NCBI RefSeq assembly: GCF_963853765.1
Contig: NC_088857.1
Coordinates: forward strand, 56,358,001 to 56,422,000
DNA length: 64,000 nucleotides
Reading direction: 5' to 3'
From: Magallana gigas
Taxonomy: Eukaryota
Numbering within the stretch: the first letter of the stretch is position 1; each line of letters opens with the position of its first letter. The notes under the pieces are model-generated. The model was given only the letters and a program-made list of their open reading frames with translations, made no database searches and had not been told where the DNA came from. A program made the position numbers and the translations under genes. This document shows positions 53,101 through 64,000 of the stretch, piece after piece.

Positions 53101-54310
53101 ATTACCTACTGTATTGTATGGATGTGAACTGTGGAACAATTTAAAGCAAACAGATTTACAAGTTCAAACAAATTTCAACATTTCGTGATAAAAGACATCC
53201 AAGGTCTGAAAATTTCATCAAGGTCAGATATGTGTGAGAGTATGCTTGGACTGCATCCCATCGTTTCGGAAATAGATAAAAGAAAATTAGCCTTTTTTTG
53301 AAAACTGTGCAAGCTTGATATTAACTGTCTGGCAAAAAATATTTTCTTACTTAGATTATGTGACCTTTTACAGGACGGCGTCAAACCATTTTCCGGATTT
53401 CTTAAGGATATTTACGAAATTAGCCAAATATAATTTACTTCAACATTTACAATTGTTCCTTGAAGCTGGTAAATTCCCTGAAAAAAAAAGGATTGGAAAG
53501 TTATGGTTAAACAGTCGATTCATAATCACCATACTGATGAATAGAGAAGTCGCACGGAAAATGATCCAGACTTCCGAATGTTTAAAGTTTTTCACAATAC
53601 AGTCTCTCCTATCAGACTCTGGAAATTTGAATTTTCATTTGATGAAGTTCCATTTATTAACTAATAAATTTATTAGTTAATTAATTAATAATTAACCAAT
53701 TAATCATTTATTAGCTAAACTCTGGACCATTCCACCCGTGTAGATAGACCAAAACTGCAGAATATGTCAATGCACTTACAGCAACCAGTTTCAGCATGCT
53801 GTATTGGGGTGTCCATCCACAGCTTTTGTTAGGGATTCTTTTTATAACAGTTTAATCAATAATTTTGATGTCCATTTATATGTAGAGCTTTCACAGCTAA
53901 GAGAGGGCGTTTTATACTACATTTTGCTCGGGGAATTTGAACCCACAACATTATTAGATAAAGAAAGCAAGAAAGAATTTATCTGCATTTGCGCAAAATT
54001 TGTATGCAAGGCATCAGCATGCTACAATAGATCTCTGTTATTTTTAGAGCATATGTAACAATTTATAAATATTTTCCTTATTATATATGTATGTATTTAC
54101 ATTTTCCAGTGTCTATGCCTGTGATAACACTACGTATCGATTTTGTACTATATAACTCATAAAGCCAAATTGAGGTGCCAGCGGGGTCTGCTTATTCATA
54201 TTTAAACATATAATCGAACGATGGTTTAAAATTATATAAATATAAGTAATAAGGAATCATTCTTTGAATATTATAATTTATAACATGAAATCTCCGCAAG
54301 GGGGAAATAA
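50110..54310 (+). mobile_element. Decayed non-LTR retrotransposon (APE + RT), many stops and frameshifts, interrupted by the CAC-TIR element
   Basis: IVVAGDFNAS, LDYVFSD, SDHLPV, DSYRPVSLLSC, QQQGFQ, FLDCKKAYDTVW, ALADD, YKHLG split by the insertion, PTVLYGCELW; 3' end GGAAATAAAGACTGAATAAATGAA. Confidence 0.88.
52129..52949. mobile_element. CAC-terminated non-autonomous DNA transposon, copy 2 (inverted relative to copy 1)
   Basis: CACCACTGCGAATGT ... ACATTCGCAGGGGTG; perfect 5-bp TSD ATTTA (52124-52128, 52950-52954). Removing it restores the LINE codons TAC AAA CAT TTA GGT ATT (YKHLGI). Confidence 0.9.
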
Positions 54311-54463
54311 AGACTGAATAAATGAAAGATCAATTGATTTTTTTTAAGAAACAAAATTCCATGGCCACGCAAAGTCACAGATTTTCTTCATACTTTACAA
54401 TTTGAAAGACTTTGATAAGTAAAAAAAAAGCCCAACACCATTTATTTTTTGCGATGTGGTCCA

Positions 54464-54785
54464 GTTTCCATGGTAACAGAGGGTAAAATGACATTTGAAA
54501 ACATATTGTAAGTAATGTGCACAACTTGTTTTTTTTAAATAAGGTTGCATATATTATTGAACAAAATTGCCATTTTTCAAGAAAAAGAAATTTAAAACAT
54601 TTATGAAGAAACACATTTTTAAAAGTGTTTTCATGGCAACTAAAGAGAAATTTCAAAATATGATTTCTTCATTTAATTTGAATAAAAAAGATGAAAAATG
54701 CAAAGCTTGATTTTTTGGTACTCTTTATTACGGTTGCGCGAATTAGATTTTCAAAATAAAGATTGAGGACCGTTGTTATGGTAAC
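54464..54785. promoter_or_regulatory. Two RFX X-box-like palindromes upstream of the GRDP-like gene
   Basis: GTTTCCATGGTAAC (54464-54477) and GTTGTTATGGTAAC (54772-54785); ATG at 54992. Confidence 0.3.
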
Positions 54786-54991
54786 AAGCTGAAAAAAATA
54801 TTTTTTTAGAATTGCCAAATGAACTTTTTTTTACTTTGCAAAATTGAGTTTCCCTTCAACACGTGTTTATTTATCATATGTGAACGTTTGGAAACTCAGC
54901 TGGTTATTTGTTCATGTATACATTTTACACAATGTATTTATTTTAAAAACTTATTTATAATGATTGATGTGTATAGGTACAATTCGCCATT

Positions 54992-57900
54992 ATGGGCGAC
55001 GTGGAAGCGTACGAGTTCTCGGTGGATTTCCAGACAGCGGCCAATAGGGAGCTGTCCTTTCTCCAGGAGGTTGACCAATACCCGCTTCTCTATGAGGGTC
55101 CGATTCTCAAATACGCTATCTTCAGGTACATACTTTATAAGATCAACTTGAATTGATGAAAGTAAATTATTTTGACGTAAGGGTTTGAAAAAAGAAATAA
55201 TGATTTTTTGTGATGGAGAAAAAAGAATCGATATATATAATACTAAATGAATTTAAAATTATAATTTATAGAAAAAAGACTTTGTAATGTAATGAAGTAA
55301 AAAAAATGATTAAAAGGGTTTTAAATTAACATGTACATGCATGCAAGATTACATGTAACAAAGTTGTCATATTGTTTTATAATAACGTTCACCCTGTAAG
55401 CCTTTATCATTTATTTCGGTCACTACCAAACGAAAAAAAAATATGATAATATTTTTAGTCTCACTCATCTAAAGTCTGTATATTTGGCGCGTATTTTCTT
55501 GAATTATTCGATATTTATAAATACCTCTTGATTCAGACGATGTTCATTCAAGAGTATGAAAAAATCCCAGGTTTCCTTTTTGAAACACCCCTTCTAGTTT
55601 GTCAGGTTTCAATACACGGCTAAAAATAAAAAGTCTACGGGGAGTTTGCATTGCATCAACGATAAATAAGTCCGGATGAAAATGTTGAAAAATTGTGCGA
55701 GGTATTCCGAATGGAGAAAAGATGTCAACATTCCACATTATGAATCTGTTTTTTTTACGAGGAAAAAATGATAATGTGTGAATGAAGTTATCTTGGAAAT
55801 TTTCCCTTTCATTGATTTCAATTTCACTTCTTTTATGTTTTTGTATTTTTATCAGAAATCATCCAAATGTGCACCATTAATATCTTGGGACAGACTATAA
55901 TATAATTACTAGTTATAGTCTTTGTCTAGAAAATGCCTAATATATTTTTTGACAGGAAAGAATGGATTTGTGGACATGCAGGTTTAGAGAAATGTTTTAC
56001 CAGGGGTTTCGGTATTCCTTTAAACAACCATTTTCCCTATCAACCGACTTAATTGTTTGAGACTGGAAATAGGAGGCACACCTTTTATTCATTTATGCTT
56101 ATATAACAAGCTGTCATTTTGCTAATTTTGAATTTTCTGGGTGGATGTAAAATAAAACAACAAGACAAACCCTGAATTAACAGACAGAGGGATTTGACAT
56201 ACCCATAAGTTGGATAATACGTTATTATTTTTATTTACAGATACGAGACTCTGTGGCTACCACTCGCCGCCGAACACCGGGGCTTGACCCTCACCGCTCC
56301 TCTGGACATCGCGTGGGTGTGGCACTGCCACCTGCTATCCCCCGTGTGTTACGTCAGGGACTGTGTGGGGGTCTGTAACTCAGAAATAGACCACAGTCTC
56401 ACGCCCAACCTCAACCGCACTGACACGGAGAAACTGTGGAAACGGAGGTACCCGGATGTTGACTTCGTAATCAACCTCATGGAGAGCAGCATTAAGCCGC
56501 CATCGTACGATTCTCGTTTTGAATACGATTTGGAGGCTGCAGCAGGAAGGCAGAGACTTTTCTACTATCAAGTTTCCTTGCCTCATTATAAAGACGAAAA
56601 GTTTATAGAAAACGCCATTAAGCGATACAAACAGTTTCTAACTGTGAAGCGACTGAATCCCGATTCTTTTGTAGTTCCCTGTTATGATGTCGACCTAATC
56701 TGGCATTCGCATCAAGTCCACCCGGCAGCTTACAAGAAAGACACTGAATCACTCCTCGGAAAACTCTTCAATCACGACGATTCGGTAAACGACAGGACCG
56801 ACGGCTCCAAGCTGGTGGAGTCCGACAAGGAGACAAGGATGTTATGGCGGGAAACATTTGGAACAAACTTCTCAGAATTTGGCGCCATGTACAGAGGGAA
56901 GCCGGCCAATGGTCGTCTGTTTCCTGTTTCCAGTGACGTGATTGACAAACACAGTGCAAAAATTGTACAGCTACAACTGGAAAAAGCAGAAATCCTGGAT
57001 TACACCTCAGCTCTGAAAGTTCACCAACTCAAAATCAATGCAGTATTCAGAAATGGGATGGACATAGAGCTCCTAAAGCTGAAGAAGCCGGTAGGGGGCG
57101 CCTGGGGGACACAGTCTCATCACATCCCCATGTACGACATCGACACGGAGATGATTGAATTCATCAGTGTAGAACTCTTCAAATACGGAAAACTTGGTAA
57201 GCTGGGGGGTAAAACTTTACTGGGAGCGGGAAGGATATCGTGCCGAGATCTGTTGGAGGGTAGTACAGGTGGTAAAGGTAGTTATTTCACGGTCAACTCT
57301 ACCGTGCATTTATCCAATGGCGAGTCCATGGCGCTACAACACGCGATCACCGTCTCTGATACCAAAGGCTGCAACTTAAAGCTGGAACCCGGCCACTTTG
57401 AGTTGGCGGTCATTCCCGAGGACAACGAGGCCTTGTGGGGACCCGTCCCCCTACCACGTCTTCCAGAGGGAGTGGAGCACAGTTGTTCAGTGGCCACCCA
57501 CAGGTAACAAAATATCTCACTGTAATGTTGAAATGAATTACTTTATACAGGGAAATATTCGCTCCGTTTTATTTTCGTCCCTTTCGCCCTCGTTTTCAGC
57601 GGGCGAATTTAAAACCAGGCGAATTTCAATGTTTTAAATCATCTCTCTTCAAACAAAAACTCTGTCTGGGCTAATTCAAGACGGGGGAAACTGATTGCCA
57701 GTGTAAAAGGGCGAAAATTACACAGGGCGAAAATAACCCTCTGTACAGTATTTGTTTTTTGTTGTTATCATATTGACTACTGTTTCATTGCCGCGTTACG
57801 CCCCACACCCATTCGATATATTTCCATGATTAATGTTCGTCCTTGCTGTCAATCATGATGGACAAATATTTTGAATGATTATCTTTTTTTTTATCAGAAT

Positions 57901-59349
57901 TAGGAATGCGGTTGGTGAAGTGATGTTTACTGCCCGCGTGATACACAGCTTGCCGCTGATGACGTCAGTCGTTCACGTGTTTTATCACGATTTGTTGAGT
58001 GTCGTCTGCCACCTGTTAGGTCCGGATACCCTGCCTACACCGGCACAGGTTTGTGATAAACGTTTCATTGAGTCTTATAGTAAGTCCCTGCATAGGTTCC
58101 CAAATTACGCTTTTTTGTTCATGAAAACCATGAAAGTTAAGTAGGTTTCTCTTCGCTGCACAGGTCAATTCTTCCGTCGAAAATCCTCCAATTACCCTGT
58201 CCCAGCAAGATGGCGAGCGGGCGATGATCATCAAGAACAACGATGGTGACTGGGCCGTGTTGATAGGGCGCTGGACCGGCGTCAGAAAGGGCAAACCCGG
58301 GGTCAGAGGTAACAACAGTTATTGACAGTGATTCAGATTAGCCTCCCACTCTATATACAGTGATATCTTGTAAATCATCATTATTGTTGATTTTGTTATT
58401 GTTAGCAACAAAACACACTGCTGGACGTGCCCCTATTCGTGGAAGCCCCGGTCATTTGGAGGTGACGATGTACAGATTACCGACCGGTGAGCGGTCAACT
58501 CTTCGCCTGGACAGCGAGCCGTTCCGTTACTATGATTTTACCGTCAAGTTCCACGGATTTGTCGCCGAACTTTCCAAATGCACGATCAACATCTCCCCGA
58601 ATGAAGGCGCAGAAAATCTGGCCCTGGCGTTCTGTGTTAGCGTGTTACAAGTACTCTGTCAACCAAGACCACCCAACTTTGAACCACTCAAGGAAACCAC
58701 CTCAGACACGCCCTCTTACGTCAGCCAAAGGAAGGAATTCCCCACGGACAAGCTTGCCATGGTGATGGCGTTTGGATTCATGGTATCCACTCCTGCCAAT
58801 TATATGTTACGAAAACAATTCAAGAAGAAGAAAGAAGAGAAGGAAAGGTCCTCTCATATTGCTCCCGCCTGCGGGGGCGGGTTGGACAGTGAACCCATGC
58901 ATCTGCACCCCATTGACGAAGCTCACGTGTACGACGATGACGACGACAACGACGACTATGAGATGGAAGGCTGGGAGGCGGCCTTCTTCTGTGTCAAAGA
59001 CGAGGATCTAGAGGACCTACACAATGAGGAGGGCGACGAAAACACCGACGGCGGGGACGGAGATCAAGATGGCTGTGGGGGGTGCGGCGGATGCGGAGGG
59101 GGTGAGGGTGCATGGGATGGGGGAGGAGGAGGGTGGGAGGGGGACACAGGGGGAAATGGAGGGGACAGCGGGGGTGACGGTGGGGGTTATTCTGGAGGGG
59201 ATAGCGGGGGAGGGGATGATGGGGGTGGGGGATGGGGAGGGGATAGCGGGGGTGGGGATGATGGGGGATTTGGAGGTGACAGCGGGGGCGGCGATGGAGG
59301 AGGTGACGGTGGGGGTTGTGGGGGAGGATGCGGTGGTTGTGGGGGGTGA
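54992..59349 (+). CDS. Glycine-rich domain-containing protein (GRDP/DUF1399-like), 878 aa
   Basis: Exons 54992-55125, 56241-57503, 57898-58048, 58164-58308, 58406-59349 (2637 nt, frame consistent). Repeated motif APLDIAWVWHCHLLSP / VPCYDVDLIWHSHQVHP; acidic then Gly/Asp/Ser-rich tail ending CGGGCGGCGG*. Confidence 0.88.
57545..57750. mobile_element. TA-flanked MITE remnant in GRDP intron 2
   Basis: TATACAGGGAAATATTCGC ... GCGAAAATAACCCTCTGTACAGTA, with repeated GGGCGAA motifs. Confidence 0.55.
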
Positions 59350-60052
59350 GGCATGGTCTGAATAATTGGGAATTTTTCACTTGATACTTCACTTGAAGGG
59401 GTGCTAATTGGTTAACGTAATGGAGTTAACACGATCAAAACAGCATTAACAGTAGTCCTTTTAATAATAATTTTGTTATATTTGATGTCTACCTCCCTTC
59501 GGATATACATTTTTTTTATTGATTTACACAACTTATGTTTTATAATATATGTAGATCACCACCGCAGAGTTTGTGACCAGACTTACTAGTGCGATGTGTT
59601 GAAATCTGTAAAACTAAATCCTTTTTAGAGTAGCTTTAGCTCTGAATACAACAGAAGCGATCTGATTCGAAAGCTTATGATTAAAGTGACATCGAATAGA
59701 GGAGGAAAAAATTGTTCGCGAACTCAATCCACTGCATACAATAACTAGTGCAATTCATATTCATAGACGTTGTAAAATTTGAGTGGAAAACATTTGAAAT
59801 TCAAATTTAGAAATATTTGCTTTCAAATGTAATTGATGTATTTTAGATCTGCTTATGTTTTTTTTTATCAAATTATCTATTTAACCAAAAAACAAAACAC
59901 GTTTTAGATTCCATAATTTATTTTTCACTTGTTAACGGAGACTGAATTTCTGTGATCTGTATGCGATTTTTTGAAGAAATAATTAAATGTATAATGGTAA
60001 ACTGCTTTTAAAATGTTATCGTAATTTGATATTTCAATTTCATTATTAATTT

Positions 60053-60054
<2 letters not shown>

Positions 60055-60088
<34 letters not shown>

Positions 60089-60226
60089 TGGGTTTTTCAT
60101 TTCACAACACATGTACATATGTAACATAATACTGATTGTAACATTTTTATAAACATATTACATAGTCTTTATACTATTTCTACTTAATAGTACAGTTTTG
60201 TATATTTCATATGAAGTGAAGCTGGT

Positions 60227-60282
<56 letters not shown>

Positions 60283-60803
60283 TATGCAGGTGGATTACAA
60301 TACAAGTATAGACTATGCTATACTGGAAACAAATGAAATGATATGAGGGTTCACATCGATCAAAAAAAACAAACTTATCTCTATAACTACAATTTTTCAC
60401 AGATATTCTGCCAGTGGCTTTCGTATTCCTTATAATTACATCTTTTCAACAGCAAATATTTTTCAGTTAAGATTCTTTCTGTTATGACCTTTTTCAAGGC
60501 ATGTATATTTGGTGTCGGATTACTTTTATATTTACATGAAAAAATATATTGCTTCACAATAAGAGCTATCAGGTTAAAAAATTTATAACTTTCTTTATTT
60601 TTGTATTTTCCAAAAAGAACTGATTGAATATCAGATGTAATCGAGATTTCAAACTGTGTAAAAATCCACTCTTCAACATCACACCACAATTCTTTTACTA
60701 TATTACATTCATAAAATAAATGACCAATACTTTCTTCATCTTTTTTACAAAAGGTGCAAACAGCAGATTCTGCTTTTTTTATATTAAAAAGATATTTATT
60801 AAA
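60055..60803 (-). mobile_element. 5'-truncated L1/Tx1-type LINE 3' end with poly(A) tail and TSD
   Basis: Minus strand NKYLFNIKKAESAVCTFCKKDEESIGHLFYECNIVKELWCDVEEW...EKL* (C-terminal CCHC motif); 33-nt poly-T on plus at 60055-60087; TSD core ATTAATTTAA at 60045-60054 and 60804-60813. Confidence 0.85.
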
Positions 60804-61734
60804 ATTAATTTAATTTTAAGTCGGACATTTTAATATTTATTATTAGCACACTAAATACATTATTACAATCATCATATTTTGGGAGTTTGATTTTTAAATA
60901 CTTAAAAACCACCAAAAAATTTCTCATAAAATCTGGTGAAAAATGGATTGATTGTTATTCAGAAAACAAGTATCGATCGTGTTACAGTATTTTAGAGGGT
61001 ATAACACTAGTTTCTACATATTGTTACTCTGATCCTGATATTCTCCACACCGACTCATTATGTTACACATGTATTCATGTTTATCATATACCTGGTACTG
61101 GTCATTAGTATACACGTGCAATATGTTTTTCAATATATTAGCTTTCATTGCCATGTTTTTTATATTAAACCTAATCTTCAATGCTTATCGACAGTTTTTG
61201 TTTTTGTTTTATATATGTAGAAACATTACCTCTCTTTTCGAAGATTCTTTATGAAAACAAACTACATGTAATGTTCCATTAAAACTCGACTTTTTATTTA
61301 AGATATGGTATACACCATCACCATCTCTAGATCTTATTTGAAAGAAAAATGGTTTGCTACTAAAGAAGTAAAATTTATTCGCTAAAAGATATGAATTCCT
61401 AAGGAATGGAATCTGAAAGGAAACTTACGAAATTCCAGTGAAAAATTTGTTTCATTACAAGGTTGCAGAAGATGGAAGTTTCTCTTGCTTTAATTTTGAA
61501 ATAGAGAATATTGCTTCATCTCGAGCGACAGCCCCTTCTGCTAAATATCAAACGACGACGATTTGGTAAAGTCCGACATCTCTGACAGTTCCCCGAACAC
61601 ACATAAAAAGGAATGGACACAAATGACTTTCGTAGATACGGAAAAAAAATCTATAAATCTTTTTTAGAAAAACAAATTTTATTCCTTTTTTGAATTTTAG
61701 TTAAACTCTTTGATTTTACATATATTATATAAAC

Positions 61735-61846
61735 AACATCACATTGTTGTTTTGATCTCGGCCTTAAGATTAGCCCTTCGGGCTTGGACAGAAACCAATC
61801 GCTCAGGCTGATTCCAGGGCAGAGATCAACACAACATTGTGATGTT
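61735..61846. repeat. Imperfect hairpin of the AGCCCTTCGGG-containing repeat class
   Basis: AACATCACATTGTTGTTTTGATCTC.. / ..GAGATCAACACAACATTGTGATGTT arms. Confidence 0.65.
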
Positions 61847-62339
61847 CATTATGTAGCAGCCCCAAACTGCAGAAGAAGGAAAAACGTCAAACTTCAGTAA
61901 GAAAATGACCGGAGTTTGCACTTCTCTTCTTCATTGTATCGGAACTATCCATCTTTGTTTTACATCAGATAGGAACTCGGGAGCTATATTTGCTTCAATA
62001 CACCATTTTAGACAGGTATTCATAATTTGACATGCAAGTTATTTATCATTTATATATTTGTAACTAAATCTATCTTTCACGTGAATGATTCTATTTTTTG
62101 GATAATAATTATTATAAAAATATTAACATTGGATTATTTCCTAAAGTTATGATATCTTTGTCAAAAATCAGTATGGATGAAATATGCCCGCCTTTTATTT
62201 GTCGACGTATGTGGATTTTTTGCCATTTGTGATTTAGATTTCGTAAAGATTGGTACAAAAGTTATGTCATGTCTCGCTCAAGAATATAGAAAACAACAGA
62301 CAATTTTCAATGTACAAGAAGTCGGTTTATTTTTAATAT

Positions 62340-64000
62340 TATGATTAGTCAGAAAAATCATCAGAATCTGTTTGGCATTCGTATGCATCTTAGCACTAAC
62401 AACGTAATTACACTGATGGCGAGAGTACTCAAGATACCAAATGACGCCACAGTTGTAGGCGCAACATCCAACAGTGCTGGCGCCAGATTTACACTGACAG
62501 TACTAGTACCAACCACACACACTGTTGGTAGTGTACTTTACCCACAGGTTGTAAATGGTACTGTTTCAATGTCTAGATTGAATTCTTGTATGAATTAATC
62601 CAGATTCAATTTCAGACACGTCTATGTGGTACTGGCTGTTTTCAGTGTGCTCTATGACGTAGGGATTTGCTTGTCGAACTTGATAGACAGCAACTGTTAA
62701 CTCTCTCACTTCATCCTCTCTAAGGACAGGGAAGTCAACAACAACATCATTGACATCAATTCTTTTCCATGATTTGGAATTAGCTCTAAATGCGTATGTG
62801 TCTTTTGTACTCGATTGTTTCAGAGCAATTGAGTTTTCTCGAGATTCTATTAACATTTTATAACCAAGACTAAAATGACCATTGTCGCTGGTTTCAAGTG
62901 GCGGTCTGTATTTATTAATCATACACTGCACACACTGCACACAAAATCCCTTACGTACGGAATTTGACTTAGGAGCCACATTGTTAAGATATAGCCATTT
63001 CTTCATCCCTCCGTTAGCTGCCTCAACAACCCACCGTTTTGGTCACCAACGTGACGTATTGGATTCTTTCGTTTTATGTTGTTTTCTAGTTTTAGGTAGA
63101 AATGACGGCATTTCTATTTGGAAGCCACATTCTTGAAGAAATCGCATCGAGTCCATAAAACCTCTGTCAACGATCAAAACAACTGCTCTTTTAAAAAACC
63201 AATGAAATTGCCGGCGTTTGTTTTCACAATGCGAGATAGAATGGAGGCGTCATTATAGCGACCGTTGGCAAGGAATGGACCTACCGCATCTACGATGTAT
63301 CCTCTAGATCTGTTGCTGTAATAACGAAACGCTTGACTAAGGGTAGGTTTTTATGTACTGAGTATGTAAGACGTTTGAATTTGTAGGACGAACTTTTCTG
63401 TATGTAAATATATGTCCCATCTAAAACCAGTATAACGGTGTCGGAAATTGGATCAGTAAAGAGTTGTTTAGAAATGTCTGGGTGTGATGGTCAACGATGC
63501 TTTTCCCAGAAGTGTGATTGAAGCCAAGATTCATAGGAACAAAATCTTTCATCATTGCAATACGCGCGGTTCTTACAATTTCAGACACCTGACGTCTGCT
63601 ACGCACGCCACAGAGATTAGCAAGAATTCTATTTGACAGACCTGATTTCAGTTTGAACAGAAATATGCCGATCGCATTTTTACTGATCTACATTTTGTGT
63701 TTCGCAGCGAAGTTATATTTGATGTCAAATCAAAAAAACTTTCCCTTTGAAATTCCTATCAAAATGTTATAGTCTTCAACATGTAAATGTTCAAAATCAA
63801 GATTGAGATTTGACAAATTGTGTGCATAATGCTCTTGTCTTGATTTTTGAAAGTAAGTCGGATACCACATTTGATGTGAGGAGAGACGTCATATTCCTGA
63901 AAGAGGACATATCAATTTCTTGTTTGTGGTTCAGTGTTTTTACTTATAAATGTTTTGGACTACATTTACATCCTACAGGCACAAGCAAACGAAACAAAAC
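62340..64000 (-). pseudogene. Decayed DDE transposase (DDE_Tnp_4-like, PIF/Harbinger-ISL2EU-related) with C-terminal SWIM-like finger; 5' part beyond window
   Basis: Frameshifted minus-strand pieces: KDFVPMNLGFNH, VITATD-GYIVDAVGPFLANGRYNDASIL, LIVDRGF, RWVVEAANG (rebuilt across a frameshift), VYQVRQA..Y..EH, IQSRH, GWY*YCQCKSGASTVGCCAY..VIWYL. Confidence 0.78.

Noticed and set aside
58994-59392. Pro/His-rich antisense ORF and alternative-frame ORFs
   Set aside because: By-products of the GGN-rich GRDP tail; the same applies to the antisense ORFs over the PYCR, claudin and LINE exons

Overview
AT-rich, intron-containing animal genomic DNA. By inference from the gene and repeat families it is a bivalve mollusc, most likely an oyster. 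Exons were spliced by hand using GT-AG boundaries and reading-frame continuity. Host genes: three tandem minus-strand claudin-like (PMP22/claudin superfamily) genes at 1-16.2 kb, the first cut by the window edge; a head-to-head pair of small secreted 12-Cys peptides resembling oyster cvSI-2 protease inhibitors (17.1-21.9 kb); two tandem pyrroline-5-carboxylate reductase genes (25.9-30.0 and 38.2-42.7 kb); CMC1 (45.1-48.8 kb, minus); and a large glycine-rich-domain (GRDP/DUF1399-like) gene (55.0-59.3 kb). Mobile DNA: a 4.16-kb TSD-flanked LINE whose ORF carries a viral-like 2A (StopGo) motif, three more decayed LINE pieces, a decayed DDE+SWIM transposase, and many non-autonomous TIR, hairpin and Helentron-type elements. 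Most unusual signals: (1) six tandem copies of the CMC1 exon-1 splice donor, where every alternative donor gives a premature stop; (2) a 2A-terminated hydrophobic leader in the LINE; (3) a CAC-ended TIR element with a 5-bp TSD (Transib/RAG-like signature), one copy having a triplicated end; (4) abundant TACATGTA/TACTAGTA octamers, with one filled/empty site pair indicating they are transposon excision footprints. No CRISPR array, rRNA or convincing functional tRNA was found. Family names come from motif recognition, not database searches.
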